The notes under the pieces are model-generated. The model saw nothing but the letters and a program-made list of their open reading frames with translations. It was not told where the DNA came from and searched no databases. 64,000 nucleotides of DNA from Malacoraja senta (lineage: Eukaryota): contig CM075993.1 of the NCBI GenBank assembly GCA_038087875.1, positions 932,001-996,000 of the forward strand, given 5' to 3'. Positions 62,130 through 64,000 of this stretch are shown one piece after another. The stretch's first letter is position 1. Each line of letters begins with the position of its first letter. The translations under genes were made by a program, and so were the position numbers.

Positions 62130-63112
62130 GTGATTGTAAGGGGAGGGGGTGGTGTAGGGGGGGGGGGGAGCTGGAAAAGAGAGATGGGCAGGACAAAGCT
62201 GAGCAGGGAATAGGTAACTGACCCAACTGTACTCACCTATTGCCTAAGACAGACACAAAGAACTCAGCGGGACAGGCAGCATCTCTGGAGAGAAGGAATG
62301 GGTGACGTTTCGGGTCGAGACCCTTCTGCCCTGCCCCTCTTATCTTCCAGCAGCCTTTCCTCATCCCACAACTTATCTTAAGAAGGGTCCCGGCCCCAAA
62401 CCGCTCCTATCCATGTGCTCCAGAAATGCTACCTGACCCTCTGAGTTACTCCAGCACTCTGCGCTTTTTTGTGTGTGTGTCTGCAGTTCCTTGTTTCTAC
62501 TGCTGGAGGAACTCAGCGGGTCAGGCAGCATCTGTGGAGGGAAATGGGCAGAGGATGCCTTCTTCAGGCTGATGCTCCATTAGACTGAAGAAGGGTTCCA
62601 ACCTTAAATAATATCTGCCTGACCCGCTGAGTTCCTCCAGCAGTTTGCTTTTTGTTGAAGATTCGCTATCAGTGCTTCAGTGCCTCTCTGTGTAAGACCC
62701 AGCCTGCGGTGGGCAGTGGAGGATACACATTATCTCCTGCTCCTCACTCTCTTCCAAAGGCAATTATTTTCCTGTTTAAATAATATTTACTGCAGCTGCA
62801 ATATAAATATTCACAGTGCATATTTTTTAAATTAGTCTGCGTGAGCTGTTTGTTCATTGCTGTGGGTAAACAAACTCCCTGCAATCACCAGGAGTACCGA
62901 GACAGTCAGGCCAAAGATGATCTCAGGGGCCATTTATTTTACACAGAGTGGTTGATATCTGGGACATGTTGCAGAGCGGGTGTAGGAAGGAACTGCAGAT
63001 GCTGGTTTAAATCGAAGACAGACATAAAATGCTGGAGTAACTCAGCGGGACAGGCAGCATCTCTGGAGAGAAGGGATGGGTGACGTTTCAGGTCGAGACC
63101 CTTCTTCAGACC
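62130..63112. mobile_element. Cluster of Penelope-derived elements, best hammerhead core at 63082-63109 (-)
   Basis: Several AACTCAGCGGG...GCAGCATCT units. Reverse complement CTGAAGA-A-GGGT-CTCG-ACCT-GAAA-CGTC. Confidence 0.72.
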
Positions 63113-63735
63113 AGCCATGGAGTCTGCTTGCAGGACCTTGCAAATGTACAATGAGTGAGAGGTGTCTACACTGGAGGATTGTGAGAAGAACCTCGCCTCT
63201 TCTCCCCCTACACACCAAGGCACAGAGTGTGGTACAATGGGACGAGTGTGTAACGTTATGACGTTGATGCACAGAGTCAAAGAGCTGTACACCATGGAAA
63301 CAGACCCTTCAGCCCAACTTGACCATGTTGACCAAGATGTCCAAGACAACTTGTCCCATTTGCCCATGTTCCACCCATATCCCTCTATGCACAACCCAGC
63401 GCTGACAGCCATACCAACCATTACCCACTGAAAGCCAATCTCAGTGTGCTGTTTCCATTCACGACCATTTGAAACAGCAGCGTTGGAATCTTGGCATGAG
63501 GAACCAGACAATGGGAGAAAGAGTCACAGAACATGTAGTTACATTGAAGGATTCATCCACCAATTACAACATTAGTGAATTCTTCAAACACCCACTCCAG
63601 GATAGATGTGTGTGCAGCTTCAATAACACATGGATTTGGTCCAAGTTATTAGGCAGCACAGTTGGCTCACAAGACTCCAATCTGAAGAGCAATGATAGCA
63701 GGAACACGGAGGATGGTTTGTCTGTCCCTGCTACA

Positions 63736-64000
63736 AATAGACAGTAGACAATAGGTGCAGGAGTAGGCCATTTGGCCCTTTGAGCCAACACCGCCATTCA
63801 ATGTGATCACGGCTGATCATCCACAATCAGTACCCCGTTCCTGCCTTCTCCCCATATCCCTTGACTCCGCTATCTTTAAAAGCTCTCTCTAACTCTCTCT
63901 TGAAAGCATCCAGAGAACCGGCCTCCACCGCCCTCTGAGGCAGAGAATTCCACAGACTCACAACTCTCTGTGTGAAAAAGTGTTTCCTCATCTCCGTTCT
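63736..64000 (-). mobile_element. CR1 3' end (runs off the window)
   Basis: Nearly identical to 228-500. Confidence 0.85.

Overview
Repeat-dense vertebrate genomic DNA, most likely intronic or intergenic sequence from a cartilaginous fish (shark/ray/skate). The taxon is inferred from HE1/V-SINE-type SINEs with CR1-derived tails and from Deu-domain SINE remnants. I could not recognise any host protein-coding gene. The long ORFs belong to retroelements: a near-complete CR1 (ORF1 esterase plus ORF2 APE-RT, about 49.7-53.1 kb) and a young 5'-truncated L1-clade LINE with polyA and a perfect 12-bp TSD (53.9-57.1 kb). There are also many CR1 3' ends, Rex1/Babar 3' ends, one Vingi-like fragment, HE1-like SINEs, Harbinger-like and hAT-like MITEs, two structured minisatellites and a 1.36-kb CA-rich tract. 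The most notable signal is a very abundant family (roughly 30 loci by eye) of short Penelope-derived elements. They carry a minimal type I hammerhead-ribozyme core (CTGAAGA-A-GGGT-N4-ACCC-GAAA-CGTC), are often arranged as inverted pairs, and are repeatedly flanked by 12-15 bp target-site duplications. Secondary leads are a possible 888-nt Pro/Thr-repeat exon, a local duplication with a splice donor/acceptor pair and a 58-bp identical core, and several homeobox-motif-rich repeat-free islands that may be conserved non-coding elements. Coordinates of degraded repeats are approximate, and all family names come from motif recognition, not database searches.
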